From positions 62,001 to 126,000 of the forward strand of contig NMRA01000210.1 in assembly GCA_002633005.1 (NCBI GenBank): a DNA stretch of 64,000 nt, given 5' to 3'. Of this stretch, positions 39,201 through 51,600 are shown piece after piece. The notes beneath the pieces were generated by a model. It was given only the letters and a program-made list of their open reading frames with translations. It did not search any database and was not told where the DNA came from. Source of the DNA: Phoronis australis (lineage: Eukaryota; Animalia; Phoronida). Both the position numbers and the translations under genes were made by a program. Within the stretch, counting starts at the first letter, position 1, and every line of letters starts with the position of its first letter.

Positions 39201-42012
39201 TGTTCAATTTCTGATCGCAAACTTTGCCCATACAGTAGCAGTCATTAACTCTTTGCGTGAAGATACTTAAAAACGAGACTTCGCACGTGACACCTTGATT
39301 CAACCAAATTTCATAAAAACCATATTTTGATAGCAATTGTCTTACGCAGTAAGTACACGAGAATGTAAGGTTATGTAGCACCTTAGCACAATGTCCAAAT
39401 TTGGAAAACTTCGGAACATCTATTTCAAAAATATGTCATCGGCTTCCTATGAAATTTACAGTTGCTACGTTTTCCAAAAAGCTGTTAGGAATTGTTTTTA
39501 AAATGTTTCACCTTTTATATTGGTTTTGTAGACATTTGGCTAAATACGCAATAAGTTTTCAGTATTTTTGTGTGTTAACGTGAAGTCTGATACATTTCAG
39601 TGGTAACGTGTCGCAAAACGTTCAAACTTTTACAAAATCAAAAATCGGAGACTTGTGTTTACTGTCAAATCTTTTACATAAACGTATCCAGGGAGGGGTT
39701 CAGGGGACCAAATGGGGAAACGAAACGACGGACAAATAGACGATTTATGTTTTTTATTTCTAAAGACAGGCAACTAATTTGATCGACACAGCTAATGTTT
39801 GCATGCACAAACACCTCCCACATCAAAAATAGTGTTTTCCTGCTATCGAAATTCTATTCCTGGGTTACTGGGGCTAAAACATGTATGTTTATGTCTTTAA
39901 AAACATCTTATTTACAGTGCATTTCCTATGTGCAATTCACAAATAATTGTTAGTTGTCCAAACGTCCTCCTTTCTACACGATCGTATAACTTGTTTTTCG
40001 ATATTTGTAATTCCACAGGTGGTGGGCATCCCATGTGATGAGAAGGGAGAACAGCTCATTGCTTGTATCATGTAAGTATACGAGAGAAGATGGCGAACAC
40101 TTGGATAATCTTAACATCGATATTTTTATTTATGTTGTACACATTTTTCTTTTGACCTAGTTGGACTATTTCAAGCTAATTTCCACACCGCTAATCAGGG
40201 GCCCCGCGCTTATGCCTATAAAATCAAGAATCCTGCTTTTGTCAAACATTGTGTACATTTTGCGCAAGTTGAAGTTTTGCATATCTTGCCGTTGTTTATG
40301 TTAACAAAACCCAAACTGTTTAGTGGCAAGTGGTTTTTGTTGGCAAGCTCAAGGTAAGAATATCGTTTACTCAGTGGGACCCCCGCACCCTTGATCCTAC
40401 ACATATTAACAATGGCGTAGCTCCCAACACAATCTTTCCGGATCCAGTTTGCAACACCCGAAACATGTGTATGTATCCGTATATGGTATTGGTGCCTTCA
40501 AAAATCCTGTGGACGCGGGTCACCAAACAGTGCGGGCCCTTACTATATGCTCTTTCTGCTACCCACGTTGTTCATCCATCATTGATACCAAGTACATGCA
40601 CGTACAAACAAGTACGGTTTGCTAGATGTCGGCATACATCCTGCCACACAGGTATTACTGTTTTCGTAGAGATCCCCAACGCCGGTTGACATGTGTGAAT
40701 TGTCAAATGTTTTTTACACCTCCTGGTTAATGCTAAATTTGCTTTAAAATAACCCAGAAAACATTACATTGATTATTTTGTCCAGAGTTGAACCAGGACA
40801 GGAAGTAACAGAAGACGAAATAAGAGAACACTGTAAGGAAAACGTAAGTACGGTTTTAGGAAACCATGCATCGAGTGAAGAATGTTGCGAACTTGGAAAA
40901 TGAAACTGGATTACATACATATTGATTTCTAACTAATTTGAAGTTTCAACATTGTTTGTCGGCATTTTTTAGTTACATTGAGTTTCAGCTTCTTCTTGTC
41001 ATCCGCAGCTTTAAGAAGCTGACAAAAACTGACTTAGGGTACCTTACATGATTACGGTACATGTTGCTGACTAATGATATATTGCATGTTCACGTCTCGT
41101 CTATTGTACATTTTGCTGTATAATGATACATATACATTACATGTTCATGTCTTACCTATTGTACAGTTTGCCGAGTTTGTTTATTTTGCAGCTTCCTTTC
41201 ATGGAATGGGTTCCCGACAATGTCTTGACGTTCACGCAATTTCCAAAAGTTGGTGGACGCCGTAAGGTAAGACTGCTTTGGCCGAAGCTTTCGATCGGTC
41301 TTTGAGGCAGAAACCATGCCCTCCTGTGAATAACGCGCACGTTATCACATGTTTTTGTTTTACAATTAATGCTTCATTCGATTTCTACCTCATTTCAGTT
41401 AACGTTGTCCCATTTTTTGCAATTCCTCCTTGTTTTTCATGTTAGTTTATGTCAGACAACTACTGCAATTTAATGAAAAAGCACGTTGTTCCCAACATCA
41501 GACGATTCCACCTTCAATCCAAGGTTCTCAAAGTTTTCAGTTTCTCTCGTTAAAACGAGCTGGGTGTAAGATCATAAGACTGTCAAAACATCTTTGCCCT
41601 TTGACCTTCCTTGGTGTCTGAGGTTTTAAACTACTAACATGCTTTCTTGTCAATAAAGTTACCTTGCGCATCATCATCACAAAGAGATGAAGAATCTATT
41701 TCGTCGCAACTATTGCAGTTTGATGAAAAAAAAATAATTTCTTAAAAGTTAAGACCAGAGTTGGGATACTGTTTCTTCCCATTGTGAACGACAATTCCGT
41801 AAGAGAAATGCTTAGAGTAGTGTTGCAACTTAATGAATTATATGGTATAGCTAGGCCAGCGTATCAGGTGATATGCTGGGTCAGAAATTTTACCCCTGCG
41901 TCAGTGTAGCGATCTAGATAAAACGGTGGTTGCTCAAAATAAATTTTACCCATAGGTTTCTAAGAAGATGATCAGAGGAATCGTGGAGGAAATGCTTTCG
42001 AACCAGGCCTGA
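12291..42012 (+). CDS. Gene B: complete ACSF2-like acyl-CoA synthetase / AMP-binding (ANL) enzyme, 18 coding exons, ~589 aa
   Basis: join(12291-12319,15629-15812,16236-16370,18632-18682,20851-20945,21727-21792,23217-23334,29685-29792,30618-30793,31989-32080,33802-33872,34455-34562,35299-35444,36096-36243,40019-40071,40786-40843,41192-41266,41956-42012) = 1770 nt. All introns are GT-AG and phases are compatible. Motifs: SYIH..LLYTTMGQLLD..CPGHEAF..RLTY (ACSF2-like N-terminus), GLKKGDVI, LLTTSGSTGLPK (A3 P-loop), YGCTE (A5), PGEICVKG (A6), WYHTGD (A7), GRKAD, HPKV..AQVVGIP, FPKVGGRRK (A10). Alternative copies of exons 5-7 lie at 27131-27225, 27700-27765 and 29147-29264. Confidence 0.92.
16540..17260 (-). 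mobile_element. Penelope-like retroelement fragment (RT and GIY-YIG tail, internally deleted)
   Basis: FLQKDGVCMGSPLGPTFAEFYM..VE, a YVDD-like segment near 17020, IPFLDVLI..FFTSVYYKPT..LHANS.C..YK..L..LLKRA and a C-terminal RLRTLKSLLI..KPSL.EQ. Confidence 0.88.
19175..23483 (+). repeat. Intragenic duplication copy 1 (gene B exons 5-7 plus introns)
   Basis: Collinear with 25346-29412. Starts ttaatgttccaatttctgctc and ends aattcagcattaa in both copies. Confidence 0.93.
21840..22416 (+). mobile_element. Non-autonomous THAP-remnant DNA transposon (P-superfamily-like); copies at 27813-28391 (+) and 51544-51957 (-)
   Basis: Ends catggcctatag / ctataatgtatg with a 7-bp TSD atttgat/attcgat (agtcgat/attcgat in copy 2). 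Encodes MVRCCVGACSATKPKCRGLSFCKF, a THAP N-terminus pattern. Confidence 0.62.
24257..24922. other. Assembly gap (N run)
   Basis: Run of n bases. Confidence 1.
25346..29412 (+). repeat. Intragenic duplication copy 2 (second set of gene B exons 5-7), or an uncollapsed haplotype
   Basis: Exons 27131-27225, 27700-27765 and 29147-29264 have intact splice sites and open frames. Separated from copy 1 by TE sequence and an N gap. Confidence 0.9.
31416..31611. repeat. ~22-bp degenerate tandem array (consensus catgggtatcgtgcgggcacag, ~8 units) inside a short cccaagc/gcttggg inverted repeat; MITE-like
   Basis: Periodicity is directly visible and terminal inverted 7-mers are present. Confidence 0.8.
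32984..33009. repeat. (TG)n microsatellite adjoining gap 32943-32983
   Basis: Direct sequence. Confidence 0.97.
33300..33599. repeat. Degenerate repeat-rich MITE remnant (agaacac / gtgttct units, ending tttagagtgta)
   Basis: Multiple direct and inverted copies of tagaacac. Confidence 0.5.
34623..34717. repeat. (GAT/GAC)n trinucleotide microsatellite in gene B intron 12
   Basis: Direct sequence. Confidence 0.9.
36400..37300 (-). mobile_element. Penelope-like retroelement fragment (RT C-terminus and GIY-YIG)
   Basis: FLVYLNSRHPNLKFNIELE..FPFLDLL..TSVFHK..GLY..F..HKVGLIKT, followed by YKFICAGC...YVGET and REHL.SD.SSHI..HL. Confidence 0.88.
37649..37812 (-). mobile_element. 164-bp TG...CA solo-LTR-like element containing a tRNA-derived sequence
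   Basis: Termini tgtgaag / ttctaca. Internal 37724-37798 has an A-box-like tgttgaatggtttag and B-box ggttcaagtccc. Absent from the paralogous Penelope fragment at ~330-370. Confidence 0.6.
38088..38611. mobile_element. Kolobok-like MITE (paralog of 689-1241)
   Basis: TTAA TSD and TIR agaggtctggaacgcga / tcgcgttccatgcctct. Confidence 0.8.
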
Positions 42013-42649
42013 ACCGCATAAAATACAGCGCCACCTCACTTGTTAACATTCCTACTGAACGACAAGGAAGAAGGGGAGAATGAACTGTACCGACATTCTT
42101 TTGGATGTCACAAACAAGTTTACGCAATAACTCTACAAATCGCTCAAGGTGATATGGGCTCCGATACATTCTACGCAACTGAGAAATGAAATTAAGTGTC
42201 GTTTAGTCTGACAAACGTACCTGTCTATCTCTCGCAAGAGTCAGGCAAGCCGATTCCACTTTTCGATGGCAAAGCAAATGTCATTACATGTATATTTAGA
42301 AGTATTTATTTCTCGAACGTGTTTTATAATAACACAACTTTAAGGCTTATAAATGGTAGTCTAAGCTGTGATGCAACGCTGGTCCCTTTAAAGGTGACAA
42401 CCAAGTGACCCATGTCTTTCTTTTCTTGTGAATACCTATCTTTTGTGAGTAGCTGTGTTCTCACTCACATACTTCTTTCTTTATGAACCCCATTTTGCAC
42501 TCACTAGCAAGAGGTACGTGCAAGCACGTGTCACGTAAAGGTTTCAAAATTGTCGTTACAGTGTATCTTGTAAATGAGCGCAATTTCGGATTTGAAAATT
42601 TTTATAATGAAATGGTAATTAACGAAAGCGACTAGTGTTCGCCCACTTC

Positions 42650-45600
42650 TTATTCGCAAGACATACTTCCAACCATTTCTCTCAACTTCTTTTTCGAAAT
42701 CTGAAATTACAAAATGAACTTATATAATTTCAAATTGTGAGAACAGCAATACTTGGGGATTCAGGTTCGATTTGTAAACGTGTGCTGTAATGTGGACTAA
42801 ACATATGTTTTTCGGTCACATCCCATATATTTAACGTCATTTCAAGTTTGAAAGTTTTCTCATTTTGTGTTGTCACGGAACACGGATTATACAATAAAGG
42901 TGATATCTTATTTACAATTCTTATCTTGACTTACTATGTTTCGTATTTAAGCACCTGATGTAATCAATAGTAGTGAGTGTAAACTTACCTTGTTTCGTAT
43001 GCCAACACGTGGGAACTGCTCCATGAAAATAAATTTGTCAGGAACCCACACTTGTAGTGTTAGCTGAAACGCAAATGTGATACATTTAAACTGGTGACTT
43101 GTCTTATACGCTAACTGGGCATTAAGGATTTTCACATGGTGCAAATATTGTCCTCATTAAAATTCAACATTACATCACAACAACAACAGCAACAAGGAAT
43201 GAGCGGATTTTACATTTACTACTTACATTGTTTTTACAGTAAGATTTTAGCTCTTCTACGCTTGCTGTCTGTTTATCTTCCAGTCTATAATCAGAACACC
43301 AAGCTACATGAACACGTAATGCGGTTAGTGGAAAATCTTACGTGTGAATGGACACAAAAAATACAATACCTGCTATCTGCCAGTTTACAGAATAATTTAA
43401 ACATTCTTCACACATAAAAAGAAAAGGACTGGAGAGATGGAGTAAAAAATTGTAATATCAAGCATGACTGAAGTTGAATAACTGAGTCGACTTGCCTGTT
43501 TGGCAGCTAACCATCATGTGATAGACCTATTTGCAAACCACGTCGACAAATCTGACTCAAAAATGTGTTTTTTGACGGTTAATTAAAAAGTTTAACCAAC
43601 TCTTACATCTGACTATCGTGTAATAATGAGGTCAATTAAGGACAACGATTCAAGTAGTGTACTCACATAATACATGCGACCATTAGGTCACCGACGTAGT
43701 CATCCGGAACGCCCACAACCTGTAAATAAATCTACCAATGACGTTGCACCTAGAACACATTTGTGGAAGGGACCCAGTCGACAAAATCGCTAACATAAAC
43801 CCGCTTAACAGTAAATAAATTCATAATAAAAACGCCCTGTGGTTAGCAGCGAGCAATTGTTGCTTTGCCAAGTAGTTATTGACACCGGTAGACCTAAAGG
43901 CCGCCGTTTGAAGAGGGAGCTCCCACTCACAATTTTCGAAGATGTTACAAACGGCATGCCAGCACATGGGCGGTACATCATGCGGGACTTGGTGGGGCTA
44001 TAGCCCCCACTTACATGTATTTCAATGGTCAACCGCCCATGCAACAGCGTTTTACTGTCCGTAGAGAGGTACCCTCTCGGGCCGGCCCTAAGTTCGCGAA
44101 GCAATGGCAAGGCATTTGTGAATCGTAACAGTAACTGACATTGGGAATTAGGCTTGGCAGAATAAAACATCAAAAGCGCATAGTCTGTAGTGGCGTATTT
44201 GGGGGGGGGGGGCAAGGGCGTCATGGCCCCCCTAAAATTCTCCCAGATTCCATTTGACAATATACTGGCTAATAATCTGCCCAGACCCTCCCTAACTCAG
44301 AATCCTGTATCCGCCCCTGGTTTGACAGTCTGGATGGGAATACGTCTTATGCGCAGTGCATTCTGGGAAAACGCCCTCTCCTGATTAGCCACATACACAC
44401 TTGCAGTCACCAGGTGGCGGGCGAGAAGATGACGTATCTCAGTGACCTGCACTATACGTAATTCAGGCTGAAGAATTCGTACATTCTAAAGATCAGCAAC
44501 AACAAATATTACCTGTGCGCTTTTAACCTTAGGATGGTCATTGAGTACTTTTTCAATTGGTTCTGGATAGACGACATCGGCGTATCGTTTGAAACGCAGA
44601 GCATCATCGGTTCTTCCCATTATGCGCAGAATTCCCTCACAATTCATTACACCAATATCGCTATAATTACAAAAAGTAGTAATTTGGGTTGCATCATCCC
44701 ACATAGACTTTTCCAATCGTACAAGCGCGTGGGGTGGAGTTATTTCCTCTGTGTTGACGTGTTTGAAAGTCTGAACTAAAAAGGTTTTACATACAAAATT
44801 GATATTACCCAAATACTAATGAAACTGGTGAGCCATTACTTGGCAGTCGTGGAGCACAACCCAAAACTAAAAAAAAAAATAGTGAATCACTACTGTAACA
44901 CCGATTACACACGGTGTTCATTAGCATCGTAGAATTGTAGACATGGAATGACAACATCGATCTCGAAACGCAGAGGTTGTGTTGCACATGCGTGGGATAA
45001 TACTAAAACGTAAGTAAGGGTGAAATGATCGCCGTAACACTCAAAAACGTCTTGACAGCGTTGTTCGTCGAGAGGGAGACGTAACACCCAATAGCGCCCA
45101 ACGGCGTTTTTCAGACGCGTTTGAAATTACAATAGCATAAACGTATAAGTCAGTTTTGCCGTGTGTCAAGAAGCGGTACATTTTGATGATGTGGATGAAC
45201 TGCGAGGGAAATTCATTCTGCAGTATGTAGTATATGCGCAACATAAATTCTAATTAAAACAGCACTTGTTTTGTAAAAGAAGTGAAACGTTCTGAATTTG
45301 AAAGACAAAACAAATTCCTGCCAGATGATGTCATAAGTGGAACACATGACTGAGAGTCGGTTGTCAACCCTTAAACTGTTCGAGATGAGTACTGATTGGC
45401 TACTATTGGTTTCTGTCAACTTGCATCTCATAGAATGAACGAGCACGTCCACATAATACAGTGAACAACAGCCAACTCACGTTGCTGACGTTGGAAAAGA
45501 AAAATATGCCTCCTTTAAGAATTATGAAGGAGAAAATAAAATTGATTCATACCCAGTCTTGTACCATCCTTCTCGGAACGCGTTCTTTGTCATCTCGGGT

Positions 45601-48600
45601 TCACCCCAGTAGCTGTGGAACATACCCCAACCCTTGCATAGTATTTCACCAGGTGTGTCTACCGGAACAACTTGGCCATTTTCGTCGGTTATTTTAACCT
45701 GGAAAATATGAAAAAGACTAAGAATTAAAATTGAGTAGCAGGTTAACCACGCGTGATTCCGTGGGTTTAAGAATTAATTAATTGAATTGAGAAGCAGATT
45801 ATGGCAGGCTGGTTTCCGTAGATCGCAAGAATCTCGCAAAGGACGTTACAGCCTTGTCATTTGCTTCGTTGATAATACGTAGCGATACATGTATCTTTCG
45901 AACTGTTGCACATGTGATAATCAAACTAATGATCTGCACCAACCTAATAGCGGCCGTAGACCATTAACTGAGACACGCACACGCACACAAAGACGCAGAG
46001 AATTCAAGAAGCAAAGAAACAGAAAACACACACTCACAGAGAGAGAGACGATGGAAGGAGGGAGAGGAGAGGGAGAGGGAGAGAGCGAACGTGGCACCTG
46101 AGAGATTTGCACTTTCCGTAACATCTCACACACTAAGTATGTGAGCTTACAGTAGAGTAGAGTTCAGTAACGCCTTTGTCTCGGTAGAAAAGCAAGATTT
46201 CCAGATATCCTGTGAACTATCGCCATTTATACTAAACGAGAGGTCGTGATTTTGTTTAGAGTTTTCTCCCGGCGAGACTGTTATAATCAACCGTATCAAT
46301 ATCCGTTGAATGTTTTGTTTCGTGTTTTAGAAAAGAAAGACTCTTGCATTTTTTAAATTGTTGATTTCATTTAAAGCTTCCGGAAGTGTGCAAGGACAAA
46401 CATCGTAACAAATAGTTTTCTGTTGCATTTAGAGAAATGAGCGGTAACTACACTGTACCTGTCACACAGGCCTTACGAGGAGAGGGATTTATCCACTGAA
46501 CTTTCATCTGCTGAGTTAGAACTTGCACGCAAATTCCTTATCTCTGTGACTGGTTAGTCAAATTAGTCAAAAAACATAACATATTGCCACCATGTGAATA
46601 TAAAGTACGTTGAAAATTACCAGATGTTTTTAAGAATGAGTTTTGGATCAAAATTGATCCTCTATATCACTCAGTTGTGCGCAATAAGTGTAGTGACGAG
46701 GTGTAATACTGCATGACGAGGGATATATGAACCCCCAAGGTACGTCATAAGTCAAAGGTCACATAATTTATTGGCAGAATATTTTGTTTTCACATTTACA
46801 AGTTGTCAATGAATACAACTGCAGTTTATTTAGGGTAGATGGTGTTCAAATAGCATTTAGTTGCTGCTATACATTAGCATAGTTAGGAGCATGCAAATAC
46901 AGCTTGCAGATACACTGAATCAAGAGCGATTGGAATAATAAGTGGTTGTAAACTCGCGTACGTCGAAGAAAACATCTTGCCGATATAAAATTGGTATCGA
47001 CTTATTCTTTTCTCAGACGAGAAGTGATTTTGGATCTTCCAAACATCCTTAGTGGTCGATACCCTGGATAGCTGACACGCCGTGGCAACTGAACTTGTAG
47101 AGCCTGAATTCAAGCAAAACCAATCTATCGACATTTTCAAATCGAGAAATCTTACTAGAGACCCATGTCATAATGCTAAAAAGAGTAAATGTGTAAATCA
47201 ATTTTTTGATGGAAGACGGGTTTAAAGCCGAATTGAAGCATACCAGTGCAACCAAATAAAGTGACCAACCTCGTAAAATGGAATTGGGTGTCCAACTGTT
47301 TCCATACGAGTGGTATGGCTGGGATAGTCTGCCGTGGTGCACGTTACTAAGTTTGGTTCTGTCCCTCCGTAGGTTTGCTAGAAAATGCAGTATTTTCACT
47401 CACGTAGACATGTGGCCACCAAGCAAATTAGCAATTCTCATTAGTTATACCTCGATAATTTGAAGTTAAGGAGAACATGCGTTTATCAACAGTTTACAAC
47501 CATGTAACCTATTCCACGACTACGAGTATTATTTTAAACGGATGTTTATATGACATGCGATTCGTAACACCACATATACAACAATCAGAAAATGAAATGC
47601 ATCAATACATGTACAGTTTACATGATAAAAGTACTCACGATTAGTTCAGGGAACATTTTAAACATTTTCTCGAACAACTCAGGAGAGCAGCGCTGGCTTC
47701 CCACGAGACCTTTAAAAAGATATTCGAAGTCAAAGACAGATAATGTGCCCTAATAAAGGGGTTGAAATCACAACCATCTTGCCCGTGGTGTTGGTATTTT
47801 GTTCGCGCAAAATAACTTTTGAAAAGTATTTTTACATTCGAAAAAAGGACACCCCTCTTCTTTGCAACAGGCGGTCTGTAAGTATTAGCAAGGGATTAAG
47901 AGCAGACGATCACAAGCCTCCTATTAGTGGTTAAAGCCACACCCGTTGTCACAGATACTCTCGGATACATAAGCACTATAACGTTGGTTTTATCCGCCGT
48001 CCGAAATCTTTCTATATTGGTAAAGATCGTTCATCAATAATAAAACATTAACAGGATATAAATAATTATAGTGTTGAGCTATCTGGTAAGGCCCCATAGT
48101 CATGCTACGAGCACACTTTGACTGAAAGAACCAACAAAAGTTATTCCAGATAATAAACTTGTTCAGGGTCAAATACCATCGATGCTTCTAATGTATCATT
48201 GGTGTCCCCCTCTCTGCAGTTAGATGATTTAACAAAAAACTCGCTCTGTGTCATAGATTAGATAACATGGTTCTTGGAGAGTGGTATTTCCCTACAGCTA
48301 CCATGTACTGTGGCTTGTCTAAGCCCTAGGTCAAGCCTGTGTGTTTGGAAGGCTTTGTAATTTTAAAAAAATTCTCCAACTTTTGAGGTTTTCGATGGTT
48401 ACAGAGCATCATTAGGTTTCAGATAAAAGGATGTGGAAAATGTCCTTTAATTTCTGTTAATAAGCCAAAACCGGGTTTGGTATCATTTTAATGTTTAGAA
48501 CAATCATGGCAAAGGTGTTTACACGTCTCCTTTCGATGGTGTCCTATCTGGAACACACGGTGGCTCCTTCGCGAGCAAAAATTACGAAAAATTTCAAGAT

Positions 48601-51600
48601 TTAATTATTTTTTGTCTACGCTTCCCATCGTTTAAACTACCCAAAACGACAACTGACTTCCCTGACTTCAGCAAGTAATTGAAAATACCAGTAGCACCAG
48701 GCCCTACCTCCTCGTAAACAGCTCAAGTCGTATTTGTCGAAGTTTGGACTTGCCATGAGATCAATGTAGAACGCCGGCCACAAACTACAGTAAGTACATC
48801 TGAAACCAAAATAAAAACTACAATATCGAATTCCTATTTGGCTTATTTTCAATAGTTTCTAAACGAAAAATAATTTAGCGACTAAAACCACCGACTTGAA
48901 AAACGAAACCTATGGAATGTAAAAAAGACTATGTTAACATTAAAGACGGCAACAGTGATGGTAATGGCTTTGATGCAACTCGTTTTTTTGTTTTGGGAAG
49001 TGATGTAGCCAATAGGTGGCTTGCAGACCAGACTTAACATGTTTCATTGCTTTAGAATTAAAGTAAATAATATTGATTGATAACTTGATGGCAGAGACTG
49101 TGACGTACCTTTCTTGTTCTAAAACTTTTAACACACACTTTTCAACATCACAGTTCTCGTCTCGTATACTCGCAGGAAGAAATACTATTCTTGCTCTGTT
49201 CTTGTGAAACGTGCAAATGCCGAGATAGCAGGAGATCACCATTTCGTCAACCCAGATGTTGAAAGTAGCGATGATGCCTGGATTCTGTAGGTACAAGGCA
49301 AACCATTTAAATTAACTGACATTTTTACCGTTCGAGTGATAAGTAACCTATTTGCAATCGGTGTACTAGCCTGTGGTAAATGTTTTCTCTTTGTTTCACT
49401 AAACCCACTATAAATAAAATGACTTGACTTGCAGTCGAAGAATTTCTTCACAGAAGTCAAACTCTAAACATTATGATTTTCAGTGACAGAAGGGGTGTCG
49501 CACTAAGCTTTGGTTCGTGGAACACGCGCAATAATTTTCGCCAATCCTCAAAAGCGTTAATTGTGCAAGGTCACTTAGGCTGATAAGGAATAGAACATCA
49601 TAATGCAGCCTACATGTGTACGGATGAGGTGGTATAGAAAAACATATCATTTATAACTTCGTACACACGAGGCAAATCGCTGTATGAAAAAGTAGCCATA
49701 ATTTTCACAATATCAGGCTGTCAAATTCGAAACTTTCATTATTCCTTTTGGTGTGATGTCACCCAGTGTCATGCCAGTTACGCAAAAATTAGCACAAAGT
49801 GTTACAAATATTGCACCTTTAGGGGGCAACTTGGAGACTGTCATCTGCTATTTATGCATGTTTACTTCAGGAGATTTTACCAACCACTCTTTATCGTAAT
49901 GCTATGTGCTAACCTCCACTGTTGCTGCTTTGCCGGGTATCCTTGACCTGAAGTTGAACTTTCCGAAGTTGCAAATGGTTCCTTGCTTCCAAGCAACAAG
50001 TTTTGACAAACCAGTGGAACCCTAGGAGGTAAAACATAATTAGAATACGTAAACGATGCCACTGACCTTTTAACACACAAATCAAAACTTTCGAAATTTG
50101 ACAACACCTTTTATACGTGAATGCCAACGTCCGGCGTAGCGGACTTAACCAAGCAGTACAATTTTGGCTTTCTCTTTGGGTTTAGTTGATGCATGGGCGG
50201 CGCAGCACTGAAAAAAGTGGTTGGCTATAGCACCCCCGTCAGCCCCCTATGATTCGCCGCTCATGTCATGTGAGCGTTTTAACACATATCTGTCTTATTC
50301 GATTAGCTGCTATGCCAGTTGATCAACGTGAAACATTAGTGTGAAAAAACAGAAGCTCCTTATATCTTGAAACTATTTATTCAAGGGTGACAATGCACCA
50401 AGAATATAAATCCTCACACTAGTGGGTAGAAGAATGTATGGATCTTCTGGAGAGACCATTTCGATAGCATTTTGAAGAGCCTCTTCTGAAACGCTTCTAC
50501 CGCCGTCCTCTAGATCAGATAGTGACTGGATTTTTCTGTAACAAATGTGGAGGCTGGACCAATGTCAATACTAACGTTTATCATAGCCAAAAATTCCTAA
50601 AATTTTATTTGGTTTCCACTAAACGTCGTCCTTTTCTCTTACGTTGCTTCAGTGGTCTATGCTATCGAAACAGCCAACGGTGTGAGCCAGAACATTAACC
50701 ACTGATTCTTCTTCTTGTACATCAAGCAGCTGAGACGGAGAGAATACACTCTTTAACAATGTCACGGTTTCAAAAGAGGAGACACATTTTCAGTGCGTGT
50801 GTTTAGTAACGTGCCCCATAGCAGCTCCCCCTAGCGCCTGTTGTAACACTGTGAAACTGCTGCGTATATTACCCACCTTTTTGTTACTACCTCTGACTTT
50901 TCAAATTCTCCACTTTGGCAGAAAATAAATTCCACTGAATGCCTGTAAAACATGAAATACACATGACTGTATCTTTGAATTCCGTTTCCAAACAGAGAAA
51001 TAGCAACTGCACCAAATAACACATGTGAATCGTAAAATCGAGTCTCTAATCTCTGCCAGCTACCACCGACTCTCAAAGGTTTTACGCCAAACATTCAGTG
51101 ATAGAATTAATATTGACCAACGCTATCAAAAAATACGTTGTTTTTGTTGTTTTATAACAAATCGCCAATTCTCATCGATGTCTGCCATACAGTTGCTGGA
51201 ATCAAAGCCGGTGACTTCCCCGTTAAGTACGCTTGTAATTCCCGGTCATTTACGGATTGGGATCTAGTTTCACCTGCAGAGCGTTGGATTGCGACAGTTC
51301 TGGGCTAAGAATCCACCTCTGAATTTTTTTTTCACCAGTTATGTCGTTGTAATAACAGAAAATATGGTATCACTGAGACGTGAACAGGGTATCATTTATT
51401 TGTAATCAGTAATTGAAAACAAAGTGGTGATTTTTTGTAGCAGCTAATTTCGCTCGTAAAATTTGTTAATAAAACCCTGCTTCTTTTTGAAACACTAATT
51501 GACACTAGTAATGATGTATGTTGTCACACCCGACACATGGTGCCATTGATTATAGACAAGAGACTTGCAACGCTGACATTTTTTGCGTAGCATCCTAGAT

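Larger units (their letters stand above)
37326..43110 (+). repeat. Segmental duplication, copy 2 (paralog of 1-8700)
   Basis: Collinear with 1-8700. Contains the 3' ends of genes B and C. Confidence 0.93.

Noticed and set aside
41972-42225. Minus-strand ORF with an apparent 42-nt GT-AG intron downstream of gene C
   Set aside because: It lies after the C stop codon, the acceptor AG is not conserved in the paralog (~5905), and no homology is recognisable.
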